The translations under genes were made by a program, and so were the position numbers. A model generated the notes under the pieces. The model was not told the origin of the DNA. It made no database searches and was given only the letters and a program-made list of their open reading frames with translations. Source: Gemmatimonadales bacterium (GTDB lineage Bacteria; Gemmatimonadota; Gemmatimonadetes; Gemmatimonadales; GWC2-71-9). Taken from it: DNA of 28,441 nt. Shown piece by piece: positions 15,971 to 25,195 of this stretch. The stretch's first letter is position 1; every line of letters begins with the position of its first letter. The stretch covers positions 1 to 28,441 of the forward strand of contig JBFJHJ010000037.1 in the NCBI GenBank assembly GCA_041613315.1, read 5' to 3'.

Positions 15971-18900
15971 ATGAACCGGTTGCCGACTCTCGTCGCCGTG
16001 CTGGCGCTCGTCCCCGCCGTCGCCCACCCTCAGCTCGAGCCGGCCGACCTGGCGGCGCTCGCCGCGCGGAGCATCGGGCCGGCCGGGATGAGCGGCCGGG
16101 TGGCCGCGATCACCGCGGTCGCCGCCGATCCGAACGTGATCTACGTGGGCGCCGCGACGGGTGGCGTCTGGAAGTCGGTGGACGGTGGACTCACGTGGAG
16201 GCCGATCTTCGACGGGCAGCCCGCGTCCTCTATCGGAGCGGTCGCCGTCTTCGAGCCCAATCCCGACATCGTGTGGATCGGCACCGGCGAGGGGAACCCG
16301 CGCAACAGCGCCGGGGTCGGCAACGGGATCTACAAGAGCGTGGACGGCGGCCGCCGCTGGAAGCATCTGGGGCTCGAGCGGTCCGAACGGATTCATCGGG
16401 TGGTGCTTCATCCCACGAATCCCGACGTCGCCTATCTGGCGGTCATGGGTCCCACGTGGAGCGATGGTGAGGAGCGGGGCGTGTACCGTACGGCCGATGG
16501 TGGCCGCACGTGGCGCCGCGTGCTCGCCGGCAACGCGCGCACGGGCGCGGCCGATCTCGTCATGGACCCGGCCAACCCGAACAAGCTCTTCGCCGCAATG
16601 TGGGAGCACCGGCGCTGGCCCTGGTTCTTCACCTCGGGCGGTCCGGGGAGCGGCCTCTACGTCACCTACGACGGCGGCGACCAGTGGCGGAAGCTGACCG
16701 CGGAGGACGGGCTGCCCGCGGGGGAACTTGGGCGCATCGGCGTCGCCGTGGCGCGAAGCGACCCTACCGTGGTGTACGCACTCGTCGAAGCCACGAAGAG
16801 CGCGCTGCTCCGCTCCGACGATGGCGGCGGCTCGTGGCGCACCGTAAGTGACGAGCCCGGCATCGCGCCGCGGCCCTTCTATTACGCGGACATCCGCGTG
16901 GATCCCGTCAACGAGAACCGGATCTACAGCCTGCATGGGCGCATTCAGGTGAGCGAGGACGCTGGCAAGACGTGGCGCACGGTCGTGCCCAGCGGGACGA
17001 TCCACGGCGACGTGCACGAGCTCTGGATCCATCCGGCCAACGGCCGGCTCCTGCTGATGGGCAATGACGGCGGCGTCGGAATTTCCCCCGACCGCGGCGC
17101 GAACTGGCGCTTCGTCGAGAATCTCCCACTGGCGCAGTTCTACCATATCAACGTGGACATGGCGACGCCGTTCAACGTGTACGGCGGGATGCAGGACAAC
17201 GGGTCGTGGATGGGACCCAGCTCCACGTGGCACGCCGGCGGGATTCGCAACTACTACTGGCAGCGCGTCGGCAGCGGCGACGGGTTCGCCACGCTCACCG
17301 ACTTCACGGACTCACGCTACGGCTACAGCATGTCGCAGCAGGGGAACCTGCGGCGGTTCGACACGGTGACCGGTGAGCGCAAGGACATCCAGCCCGTGCA
17401 CCCCGAGGGAACGGCGCTCCGCTTCCATTGGAACGCCGCCATCGCGATGGATCCGTTCGACTCCACAACGATCTACTTCGGGAGCCAGTTCGTGCACCGT
17501 ACGGCGGACGGCGGCAAGACCTGGACGATCATCTCCCCCGATCTCACGACCAACGATCCCGACAAACAGCGCCAGGCCGAGAGCGGCGGACTCACGCTCG
17601 ACGTCACCGGCGCCGAGAACCATACCGCGATTCTGACGATCGCGCCCAGCCCGGTGGAGCGCGGCGTGCTCTGGGTCGGCACCGACGACGGGAACGTCCA
17701 GCTCACCCGCGACGGCGGGCGCACCTGGACCAACGTGGGCGGTCGGATCCGTGGGGTGCCGCCCACCACGTGGGTGCCGCACATCGAGGCGTCCCGCTTC
17801 GACGGCGCCACCGCGTTCGTCGTGTTCGACGACCACCGCCGCGGTAACTGGACACCGTACGTCTTTCAAACGACGGACTACGGTCGTTCCTGGCGGAGCC
17901 TCGCCACCGAGGATCTTCGCGGCTTCGTCCACGTGATCGAGGAGGACCCCGTCGAGCGCGGGCTGCTGTATCTCGGCACCGAGTTCGGGATGTACCTGAG
18001 CGTGGATGGGGGGCGGCGCTGGTGGAAGTGGACCCACGGCCTCCCGACGGTGCCGGTGCGGGCACTCATCGTGCATCCGCGCGATCATGATCTGGCGATC
18101 GGCACACACGGTCGTGGGGCGTTCGTGCTGGACGACGTGCGACCGCTCCGCGCGCTCGCACGGGCGGGCGGACGCCCGCCGGCCGCGCTGACGTTGTTCG
18201 CGCCGCCGCCCGCCATCCAGCATGAGGTGGCGGACGCGACGGGCTACCGCTCGACCGGACACGCGATGTTTTTCGGGGAGAACCGGCCGTACGGCGCGCT
18301 GCTCACCTTCTGGCTCGGGATCGCGGCCGATTCCGCCGTGCTCGAGATCCGGAGCGACGGGGGCGAGCATCTTCGGTCGTTCACGGTCGCGACGCGCCGG
18401 GGTCTCAACCGTACCGCGTGGGACCTGCGCCGCGACGGCTTCGAGAGCCCCACGGCCACGGGGATCAGCACGCTCGACGGCCCAGAGGTGCTCCCCGGCC
18501 GCTACACCGTGCGCGTCAGCGCGGGCGGGGCGGAGGCGACGGGCCCCCTCGAGATCGTGGCGGACCCCCGCACAGGCGTCTCACCGACTGACCGAACCGC
18601 GAAGGACGCCGCGATCGTGCGCGCCGGGCGGCGGCTCGAGGTGACCGCGGAGGCGGTCCGCCGGCTGCGACGCGCCGACCAGGCCGTGCAGCGAGTGCTC
18701 GACGGCGTGGGAGCTCGCGAGGACAGTCAGGCCGTGGCCGTGCGCGCCGCGGGGCGAGCGCTCCGGGACACGCTGGCGGCGGCGACGGCGTTGTTCGTGG
18801 ACGCCTCGCGCCGCCAGGGGATCACGGGCGGTCCGCCGACGCTGGCCGACCGTTACCGGCGGGCGCTCTCTTCCCTGCAATCGTCGTGGGATGCGCCGAC

Positions 18901-19096
18901 TGAGGCGCAGCGACTCCAGCTCGAGCAGGCCGACGCCGCGCTGGAACCGGCACTCGCACGACTGAACCGTGTCCTCACGCAGGAAGTCGACATCTTCCGC
19001 CAGCGCGTGCGCGCGGCCGGGTTCGATCCCGTGCCGGAGATCGAGGCACTGGGAGCGGACTGGCGAAAAGAGGCGCTAGTCCCCGTCCGTGGCTAG
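15971..19096 (+). CDS. Secreted VPS10/BNR Asp-box beta-propeller protein, paralog 3
   Basis: Signal peptide, [12 protein letters not shown], Asp boxes, colinear with paralog 2. The 3' end overlaps egtB by 21 nt. Confidence 0.9.
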   Translation: MNRLPTLVAVLALVPAVAHPQLEPADLAALAARSIGPAGMSGRVAAITAVAADPNVIYVGAATGGVWKSVDGGLTWRPIFDGQPASSIGAVAVFEPNPDIVWIGTGEGNPRNSAGVGNGIYKSVDGGRRWKHLGLERSERIHRVVLHPTNPDVAYLAVMGPTWSDGEERGVYRTADGGRTWRRVLAGNARTGAADLVMDPANPNKLFAAMWEHRRWPWFFTSGGPGSGLYVTYDGGDQWRKLTAEDGLPAGELGRIGVAVARSDPTVVYALVEATKSALLRSDDGGGSWRTVSDEPGIAPRPFYYADIRVDPVNENRIYSLHGRIQVSEDAGKTWRTVVPSGTIHGDVHELWIHPANGRLLLMGNDGGVGISPDRGANWRFVENLPLAQFYHINVDMATPFNVYGGMQDNGSWMGPSSTWHAGGIRNYYWQRVGSGDGFATLTDFTDSRYGYSMSQQGNLRRFDTVTGERKDIQPVHPEGTALRFHWNAAIAMDPFDSTTIYFGSQFVHRTADGGKTWTIISPDLTTNDPDKQRQAESGGLTLDVTGAENHTAILTIAPSPVERGVLWVGTDDGNVQLTRDGGRTWTNVGGRIRGVPPTTWVPHIEASRFDGATAFVVFDDHRRGNWTPYVFQTTDYGRSWRSLATEDLRGFVHVIEEDPVERGLLYLGTEFGMYLSVDGGRRWWKWTHGLPTVPVRALIVHPRDHDLAIGTHGRGAFVLDDVRPLRALARAGGRPPAALTLFAPPPAIQHEVADATGYRSTGHAMFFGENRPYGALLTFWLGIAADSAVLEIRSDGGEHLRSFTVATRRGLNRTAWDLRRDGFESPTATGISTLDGPEVLPGRYTVRVSAGGAEATGPLEIVADPRTGVSPTDRTAKDAAIVRAGRRLEVTAEAVRRLRRADQAVQRVLDGVGAREDSQAVAVRAAGRALRDTLAAATALFVDASRRQGITGGPPTLADRYRRALSSLQSSWDAPTEAQRLQLEQADAALEPALARLNRVLTQEVDIFRQRVRAAGFDPVPEIEALGADWRKEALVPVRG
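17633..17844 (+). repeat. Copy 2 of the 212-nt near-identical tract
   Basis: Offset 3247 nt from 14386-14597, about 97% identical. Confidence 0.85.
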
Positions 19097-20368
19097 CCGG
19101 ATTCCCGCAAACTGCCACCGTGCGGTGGGCGGGAAGAAGTTCCGGTAGGTCGCCCGGATGTGGCTCACGGGGGTGGCGCATGAGCCGCCCCGCAACACGT
19201 ACTGGTTCGACATGAACTTGGCGTTGTACTCGCCCAGCGCGCCCTCGGGCTGACGGTACCCGGGATACGCCGCGTAGGCGCTCGTCGTCCACTCCCAGAC
19301 ATCCCCGAACAGCTGATGCGGCCCGTCGTCCGGCTCCGCCGAGAGCGGTCGAGGGTGGAAGTGCTCCTCGTCGACGAAGTTCCCTTCGATCGGCCGACGG
19401 ACGGCGACCGTCTCCCACTCGGCCTCGCTCGGCAGGCGGGCCCCGGCCCAGCGGGCGTACGCATCCGCCTCGTAGAAGCTGACGTGGCACACCGGCTCGG
19501 CGTCGTCCACTCGGCGGAGGCCGCTGAGCGTGAACATCCACCACTCACCGTCACGCGTCATCCAGTAGAGCGGCGCCTCCCAGCCCTCCTGCCGGACCGT
19601 GTTCCAGCCGTCGGACAGCCACAGTTCGGGCCGTGCGTAGCCGCCGTCAGCCATGAAGGCGCGGTACTCGCCGCAGGTGACGAGCCGGGTCGCCAGCCGG
19701 TAGGGATGGAGGAAGACCCGGTGACGCGGCGTCTCGTGGTCGAAGGCGAAGCCCTCGCCGGCGTGGCCCACGTCGACCACGCCCTCGGGCCCGTCAACCC
19801 ATGCCATCGCGGACGGTGCCTGCCCCTCGCGTCTCGGCTCCGCCCCCGCTCCCGAGCCTTCCCGATACACCGGGAACAGCGGATTGCACGACAAGAGGTG
19901 CTTGAGATCCGTGACGATCAACTCTTGATGCTGCTGCTCGTGATGCAGGCCGACCGTCACGACCGTCTCGGGTACGTCCACGCCGAGCGCTTCACTCCGC
20001 TCGAACAACTCCGTCATGTAGCGGTCCACGTGTCGCCGATACTCCAGCGTGTCCGCCAACGTCGGTCGGGTCACCAAACCTCGATGCGGGCGCAAGAACT
20101 GCTTCCCGATAGTGTTGTAGTAGGAATTGAACAGGAAGTTGTAGGCCGGGTTCAGCGGCCGATACGCGGGATGCGTGGGTTTCAGGACGAGCGTCTCGAA
20201 GAACCACGAGGTGTGCGCTAGGTGCCACTTCGTCGGGCTCGCATCGGGCATGGATTGCACGACGCAGTCCTCCGGCTCGAGCGGTGCGGCGAGCCGTTCG
20301 CTGGCGGCGCGCACGCGGCGGAAGCGCTCCATCAGCGTCAGATCAGGTATGGTCGCGGTACTCGTCAC
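19076..20368 (-). CDS. egtB: Ergothioneine biosynthesis sulfoxide synthase EgtB
   Basis: DinB-like domain with [26 protein letters not shown] and HHEQQHQEL (Fe-binding His triad). FGE-sulfatase domain with [41 protein letters not shown]. Start taken at GTG 20368 (GTGA overlap with egtD). Confidence 0.92.
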   Translation of the reverse strand: MTSTATIPDLTLMERFRRVRAASERLAAPLEPEDCVVQSMPDASPTKWHLAHTSWFFETLVLKPTHPAYRPLNPAYNFLFNSYYNTIGKQFLRPHRGLVTRPTLADTLEYRRHVDRYMTELFERSEALGVDVPETVVTVGLHHEQQHQELIVTDLKHLLSCNPLFPVYREGSGAGAEPRREGQAPSAMAWVDGPEGVVDVGHAGEGFAFDHETPRHRVFLHPYRLATRLVTCGEYRAFMADGGYARPELWLSDGWNTVRQEGWEAPLYWMTRDGEWWMFTLSGLRRVDDAEPVCHVSFYEADAYARWAGARLPSEAEWETVAVRRPIEGNFVDEEHFHPRPLSAEPDDGPHQLFGDVWEWTTSAYAAYPGYRQPEGALGEYNAKFMSNQYVLRGGSCATPVSHIRATYRNFFPPTARWQFAGIRLATDGD

Positions 20369-21375
20369 GGGCTCTCTCTCCTCTGCAGCAGCAACAGGGC
20401 GAACCAAGTGCGGTCATCGGTGTGCACCTGACGCACGTCGAACCCGAGACACCCGACGTACGTCCGCAGGTCGGCGAGCACGAACTTCCGGCTGATCTCG
20501 GTCATGACGAGATCGCCGGCGTTCAGCGTGAACGCGAGGTCCAGCGGCGCGACCCGGACCGTCTGCGGTCGGCGGAACCGGGCGAAGATCTCGATCCGCT
20601 GCCAGGTGGCGTTGTACCGTGCGACGTGCTCGACCGCCGTCACATCGACTCCCGATCCCAGCTCGCGGTTCATCCGGGTGAACAGATTCGTGGTGAACCG
20701 AGCCGTCACCCCGGCCGCGTCGTTGTAGGCCGCTTCGAGCACCGCACGGTCCTTGACCAAGTCCACGCCAAGCAGGAAGAAGTCCCCCGGCGCAAGATGC
20801 CCGGCCACCTGCGTCCAGAACGCCAATGATTCGGCGTGGGAAAAGTTCCCGATCGTGCTGCCCAAGAACATTCCCATGCACGGCGTGTGCGCGCGAAAGA
20901 GGGGAAAGGCGTCCTCGTAGGTGCCCAGGATGTCATGAACGTGCGCCGTTGGGTGCGCGCCCTCGATGCGTTGCTTCGCCTCCCGGAGGGCCGCCTCGCT
21001 CACATCAACCGGGACGTAGCGGCTTTCGCCAAAGCGCGCGGCGTACGCCCCGACGACGAGGTTGGTTTTCACGGCGTTGCCCGCGCCCAACTCGATCAGC
21101 GCCACGGGACCGGTGACGCGCGCGATAGCGCTCGCGGCGCGCTCGAGGATCGCGGTCTCGGTTCGGGTGAGGTAATACTCCGGCTGCCGCGTGATCCGGT
21201 CGAACAGGCTGCTCCCCGCGGCATCGTACAGATAGCGGCACGGCAGCCAGCGCGGCGTGTCACTCAGGCCGATCGCCACATCGGTAGCAAACTCCCGAAC
21301 GTGACGGCTAACAGCGGGCGCCCCGCCGGCCCCACGGGACGACGGCTGGCGGGCACGGGACGCGGAGGTGGCGAT
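20365..21375 (-). CDS. egtD: L-histidine N-alpha-methyltransferase EgtD (Methyltransf_33); start uncertain (ATC 21375 or GTG 21279)
   Basis: [71 protein letters not shown]. Coupled to egtB. Confidence 0.9.
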   Translation of the reverse strand: MATSASRARQPSSRGAGGAPAVSRHVREFATDVAIGLSDTPRWLPCRYLYDAAGSSLFDRITRQPEYYLTRTETAILERAASAIARVTGPVALIELGAGNAVKTNLVVGAYAARFGESRYVPVDVSEAALREAKQRIEGAHPTAHVHDILGTYEDAFPLFRAHTPCMGMFLGSTIGNFSHAESLAFWTQVAGHLAPGDFFLLGVDLVKDRAVLEAAYNDAAGVTARFTTNLFTRMNRELGSGVDVTAVEHVARYNATWQRIEIFARFRRPQTVRVAPLDLAFTLNAGDLVMTEISRKFVLADLRTYVGCLGFDVRQVHTDDRTWFALLLLQRRESP

Positions 21376-21419
21376 GGGGAACCTCGCAGTGGGAGGGACG
21401 GGCGGGGGCGGTGCGCCGA

Positions 21420-21448
21420 AAGCTAGCGGGGCGCGAAGCGTGGATCAA
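21420..21448 (-). promoter_or_regulatory. sigma70 promoter of egtD-egtB
   Basis: Minus strand TTGATC-N17-TAGCTT. Confidence 0.6.
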
Positions 21449-21651
21449 CCGGACGCCGTGATCGGCGGCCGCCGTCAGGGACCGATTCCGCCCGCGGGTG
21501 CACGCGGCCGCCGCAATGGACTATATTCGGACGTTACATGATGAATCGATTGCCTGGCTGCCTCGCCGCCCGTGCCCCTAGCCGCCACCGCCGCCCGCCG
21601 CGGCGGCCGGCCTCGCACACCTGATCGCGCGTACCCTCCTCCGACGCAACG

Positions 21652-23424
21652 ATGTGTGGTATCTGTGGTGAGATTCGCTCCGACGGGCGGATTCCGTCCG
21701 CCGCAGCCGTGGAGCGGATGGCGGACGTGCTCGCCCCGCGCGGCCCCGACGGCGCGGGAATGGTCCTCCGAAACCACGCGGCGCTCGCGCAGCGCCGGCT
21801 CAAGATCTTCGATTTGTCGGAGCAGGCACAGCAGCCGATGGTCGACAGCGCCCTAGGTCTCACCCTCGTGCACAACGGCGCAGTCTACAACTACCTCGAG
21901 CTCCGCCGGGAGCTGGAAGCGCTGGGGTACCGCTTTTTCTCGGACGGCGATACCGAGGTCGTGCTCAAGGCGTACCACGCGTGGGGCGAGCGATGCGTGG
22001 AGCGTTTCAACGGCATGTTCGCCATTGTGCTCCTCGAGCGGGACACGGGCCGAGTGGTCATCGCCCGTGACCGGCTGGGGATCAAGCCGTTCTACTATGC
22101 CGAGATGTCCGGCGGTCTGCGGTTTGCGTCCACCCTTCCCGCGCTCGTGGCCGGCGGCGGCGTGGACGGCAAGGTGGATCCCGTCGCCTTGCACCACTAC
22201 CTCACGTTTCACGCGGTTGTGCCCGCCCCACGGACGGTGCTTCGGAGCGTGCGCAAGCTGCCGCCCGCCACAATCATGACGATCGAGCCCGACGGCCGCC
22301 GCCACGAGCGGACCTATTGGCGGCTCCCGTTCGGGCCCCAAGACGGAGACGAAGCGCGGGAGTCCGGCGATTGGCAGGACGCGGTGCTCGACACGCTGCG
22401 GGCGGCCGTGCGGCGCCGACTCATCGCGGACGTCGAGGTCGGCGTCCTGCTCTCGGGGGGGCTCGACTCGAGTCTCATCGTGGGGCTGCTCGCGGAAGCG
22501 GGGGCGCACGGGCTCAAGACCTTCTCAGTCGGGTTCGAGGCAGTGGGCGACGAGTTGGGAGACGAGTTCCGCTACTCCGACCTCGTGGCGCGGTGCTTCG
22601 GCACCGATCATCAGCGCATGTTCGTCGCCTCCGATCGGCTCCTCCCGGCGCTGTCGGCGTGCATTCACGCGATGGCGGAGCCGATGGTGAGCCACGACGT
22701 GATCGGCTTCTACCTGCTGTCCCAAGAAGTGTCGCGGCATGTCAAGGTCGTGCAGAGCGGCCAGGGGGCGGACGAGGTGTTCGGCGGGTATCACTGGTAC
22801 CCTCCGCTCGTGGACTCGCGAGATCCGATCGCTGACTACGCGCGGGTGTTCTTCGACCGCGACCACGCCGAGGTCGTCGAAGCGGTCCACCCACGCTTCG
22901 CGACGGACGACATGAGCCGTGCGTTCGTGGCCGAGCATTTCGCGGTCGCTGGGGCTGCGGCGCCGGTGGACCAGGCCCTCCGGCTCGACACGACGGTAAT
23001 GCTCGTCGAGGATCCCGTGAAGCGGGTGGACAACATGACCATGGCCTGGGGGTTGGAGGCGCGGGTCCCGTTTCTCGACCACGAGTTGGTGGAGCTCGCC
23101 GCCCGCCTGCCGGCGGACCTCAAAGTCGCCGGCGGCGGCAAGTTCGTCTTGAAGGAGGCGGCCCGGCGCGTCATTCCGGAGGCAGTGATCGATCGGCCGA
23201 AGGGGTACTTTCCGGTGCCGGCGCTCAAGTATCTCCGGGGGCCGTACTACGACCTCGTGCGGGACGCGCTCACGAGTCGCCGTGCCGCGGCTCGTGGCCT
23301 GTTCCGCGAAGACTACGTTCGCCGGCTCCTGAAGGAGCCGGACGAGCACCTGACGCCGCTCCGGGGCTCGAAGCTGTGGCAACTCGGGCTGCTGGAGCTG
23401 TGGTTCCAGTCGCACGGACTCTAG
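21652..23424 (+). CDS. N-acetylglutaminylglutamine amidotransferase (AsnB-like Ntn amidotransferase of the NAGGN system)
   Basis: MCGICGE (Cys2 nucleophile), RGPDG, RRLKIFDLS..AQQPM, HNGAVYNY, LLSGGLDSS, VQSGQGADEVFGGYHWYP, TTVMLVEDPVKRVDNMTMAWGLEARVPFLD, KGYFPVPALK. Confidence 0.92.
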   Translation: MCGICGEIRSDGRIPSAAAVERMADVLAPRGPDGAGMVLRNHAALAQRRLKIFDLSEQAQQPMVDSALGLTLVHNGAVYNYLELRRELEALGYRFFSDGDTEVVLKAYHAWGERCVERFNGMFAIVLLERDTGRVVIARDRLGIKPFYYAEMSGGLRFASTLPALVAGGGVDGKVDPVALHHYLTFHAVVPAPRTVLRSVRKLPPATIMTIEPDGRRHERTYWRLPFGPQDGDEARESGDWQDAVLDTLRAAVRRRLIADVEVGVLLSGGLDSSLIVGLLAEAGAHGLKTFSVGFEAVGDELGDEFRYSDLVARCFGTDHQRMFVASDRLLPALSACIHAMAEPMVSHDVIGFYLLSQEVSRHVKVVQSGQGADEVFGGYHWYPPLVDSRDPIADYARVFFDRDHAEVVEAVHPRFATDDMSRAFVAEHFAVAGAAAPVDQALRLDTTVMLVEDPVKRVDNMTMAWGLEARVPFLDHELVELAARLPADLKVAGGGKFVLKEAARRVIPEAVIDRPKGYFPVPALKYLRGPYYDLVRDALTSRRAAARGLFREDYVRRLLKEPDEHLTPLRGSKLWQLGLLELWFQSHGL

Positions 23425-23440
23425 CAGAGCGAGGCCGCGC

Positions 23441-25195
23441 ATGGGTACCGCATCCAATCCCCATCGCTTCGAACGGCGCGACGCGCTCACGTTGCGAAGC
23501 TGGGGCGATCGGCCGGTCGGCCCCGACGCCGACCAGCTGCCGCCCAACGTCGTGGTGGAGTGCGGTTGGGGCCGACTCCTCTTCGCCCACACGTTCAAGG
23601 ATCGCCAGGGGCTCGCCGACACGCTGCAGGCCGAGGCGGCCGGCACGCGGGACATCGCGTTCTATCTGCGAGACCCGCACGTCGTCGTGTCGCTGGCGCC
23701 GCAGGAGGTGTTCCTCGATCCGTCCCACACGTATCGGCTGTGGCTCTCCGACTACCGGCCCGCGCGGGCGCGGCCCCGCGGCTTCGTGCTCCGCAAGCTC
23801 CGGACCCGGGCGGACGCGGACGCGGTGAACCGGGTCTACGCGGGCCGCGGAATGGTCACGACGCAGCCGGCGTCGTTCCCGTGGCGCGAGCGCAAGTCGA
23901 AGATCTTGACCTATTACGTCGCCGAGGACCTCCGCACGGGCGATGTGATCGGTACCGTGACCGGGGTGGACCACGTCGAGGCGTTCGACGATCCCGAGAA
24001 CGGCTCGAGCCTGTGGTGCCTCGCGGTGGACCCGCAGACCGAGCATCCCGGCATCGGTCAGGCGCTGGTGATGCAGCTCGCCGAGCACTACCTCGCCCGG
24101 GGCCGCGCGTTCATGGACCTCTCGGTGATGCACGACAACGCCGAGGCGATCGCGCTGTACGACAAACTCGGGTTCCAGCGCGTTCCGGTCTTCTGCCTCA
24201 AGCACAAGAATCCGATCAATGAACAGCTCTACGCCGGGCCCGCGGCCGAGGTGGACCTGAATCCCTACGCGATGATCGTCGTGAACGAAGCGCGGCGGCG
24301 GGGGATTGCCGTGGAGATCGTCGATGAGGACGCCGCGATCGTAGCCCTCTCGTTCGGTGGACGGACGATCCTGTGCCGCGAGTCGCTCTCGGACCTGACC
24401 TCAGCCGTCGCCTTCACGGTGTGCGACGACAAGGCGCTCACCCGGCGCGTCCTGCATCGGGCGGGCCTGCACGTGCCTCCGGCTCGGGAAGCCGGCGACC
24501 CACCCGAGAACGCCGCGTTTCTCGAGCGCTATGGGCGCGTCGTGGTCAAACCGGCCCGTGGCGAGCAGGGTATGGGTGTCTCTGTGGACATCCGCTCGCG
24601 GGAGGGCCTCGAGGCCGCCGTGGCGGCGGCCCGGGCCGTCGACGAGAAGGTGCTGCTCGAGGAGTACGTGGACGGGGACGATCTGCGCGTGATCGTCATC
24701 GACGGTCACGTGGTGGCAGCCGCGGTGCGCCGACCGCCGTGCGTCACCGGCACCGGCCGCCACACCGTGACCGAGTTGATCCGCAAGCAGTCCCGGCGGC
24801 GGAGCGCCGCTACCGGCGGCGAGAGCCGGATCCCGATGGATCACGAGACGCGCCGCGCGGTGACGGCCACCGGTCACGCGCTGGACGAGGTGCTCCCGGC
24901 CGGCGAGACGATCGCCGTGCGCCGGACCGCGAACGTGCACACCGGGGGGACGATTCACGACGTGACGCCGGAGCTGCATCCCACCCTGCGCGAGGTGGCG
25001 GAGGCCGCCGCCGACGCCCTCACGATTCCGGTCGTGGGACTCGACCTGATCGTTCCCACCGTGGACGGGCCCGAGTACGTGATCATCGAGGCCAACGAGC
25101 GCCCGGGGCTCGCGAACCACGAACCCCAGCCGACAGCCGAGCGATTCCTCGATCTGCTCTTTCCCCAGACCGCCGGGAGCGCGCGCAGCCGATGA
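23441..25195 (+). CDS. ngg: N-acetylglutaminylglutamine synthetase (GNAT plus cyanophycin-synthetase-like ATP-grasp)
   Basis: CGWGRLLFAHTF, FLDPSHTYRL, GNAT segment SSLWCLAVDPQ...MDLSVMHDN.EAIALYDKLGF, CRESLSDLTSAVA, VVKPARGEQG, IEANERPGLANHEPQPTAERF. Confidence 0.93.
   Translation: MGTASNPHRFERRDALTLRSWGDRPVGPDADQLPPNVVVECGWGRLLFAHTFKDRQGLADTLQAEAAGTRDIAFYLRDPHVVVSLAPQEVFLDPSHTYRLWLSDYRPARARPRGFVLRKLRTRADADAVNRVYAGRGMVTTQPASFPWRERKSKILTYYVAEDLRTGDVIGTVTGVDHVEAFDDPENGSSLWCLAVDPQTEHPGIGQALVMQLAEHYLARGRAFMDLSVMHDNAEAIALYDKLGFQRVPVFCLKHKNPINEQLYAGPAAEVDLNPYAMIVVNEARRRGIAVEIVDEDAAIVALSFGGRTILCRESLSDLTSAVAFTVCDDKALTRRVLHRAGLHVPPAREAGDPPENAAFLERYGRVVVKPARGEQGMGVSVDIRSREGLEAAVAAARAVDEKVLLEEYVDGDDLRVIVIDGHVVAAAVRRPPCVTGTGRHTVTELIRKQSRRRSAATGGESRIPMDHETRRAVTATGHALDEVLPAGETIAVRRTANVHTGGTIHDVTPELHPTLREVAEAAADALTIPVVGLDLIVPTVDGPEYVIIEANERPGLANHEPQPTAERFLDLLFPQTAGSARSR

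Noticed and set aside
10104..18370. Long antisense or off-frame ORFs over the VPS10 genes (e.g. 10556..12190, 12664..14250, 14359..15897, 15617..17233)
   Set aside because: They fully overlap well-supported CDSs and reflect stop-codon scarcity.
19076..19096. 21-nt convergent overlap of VPS10 paralog 3 and egtB
   Set aside because: Short tail-to-tail overlaps are common in GC-rich genomes, and nothing suggests a function.
9356..19096. Recurring GACGGCGG...TGG motifs as a CRISPR or DNA repeat array
   Set aside because: They encode protein Asp-box repeats, with irregular spacing and degenerate sequence.
19076..20368. EgtB homolog as selenoneine synthase SenA or ovothiol synthase OvoA
   Set aside because: No senB or selD neighbors and no C-terminal methyltransferase domain. 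It is coupled to egtD.
24373..25191. N-terminal 273-aa extension of the M42 peptidase in the ORF track
   Set aside because: It overlaps ngg in another frame. The real start is the ATGA-coupled ATG at 25192.
23441..25195. Cyanophycin synthetase call for the ATP-grasp gene
   Set aside because: It lacks the Mur-ligase half, has an N-terminal GNAT domain and sits in the NAGGN gene trio.
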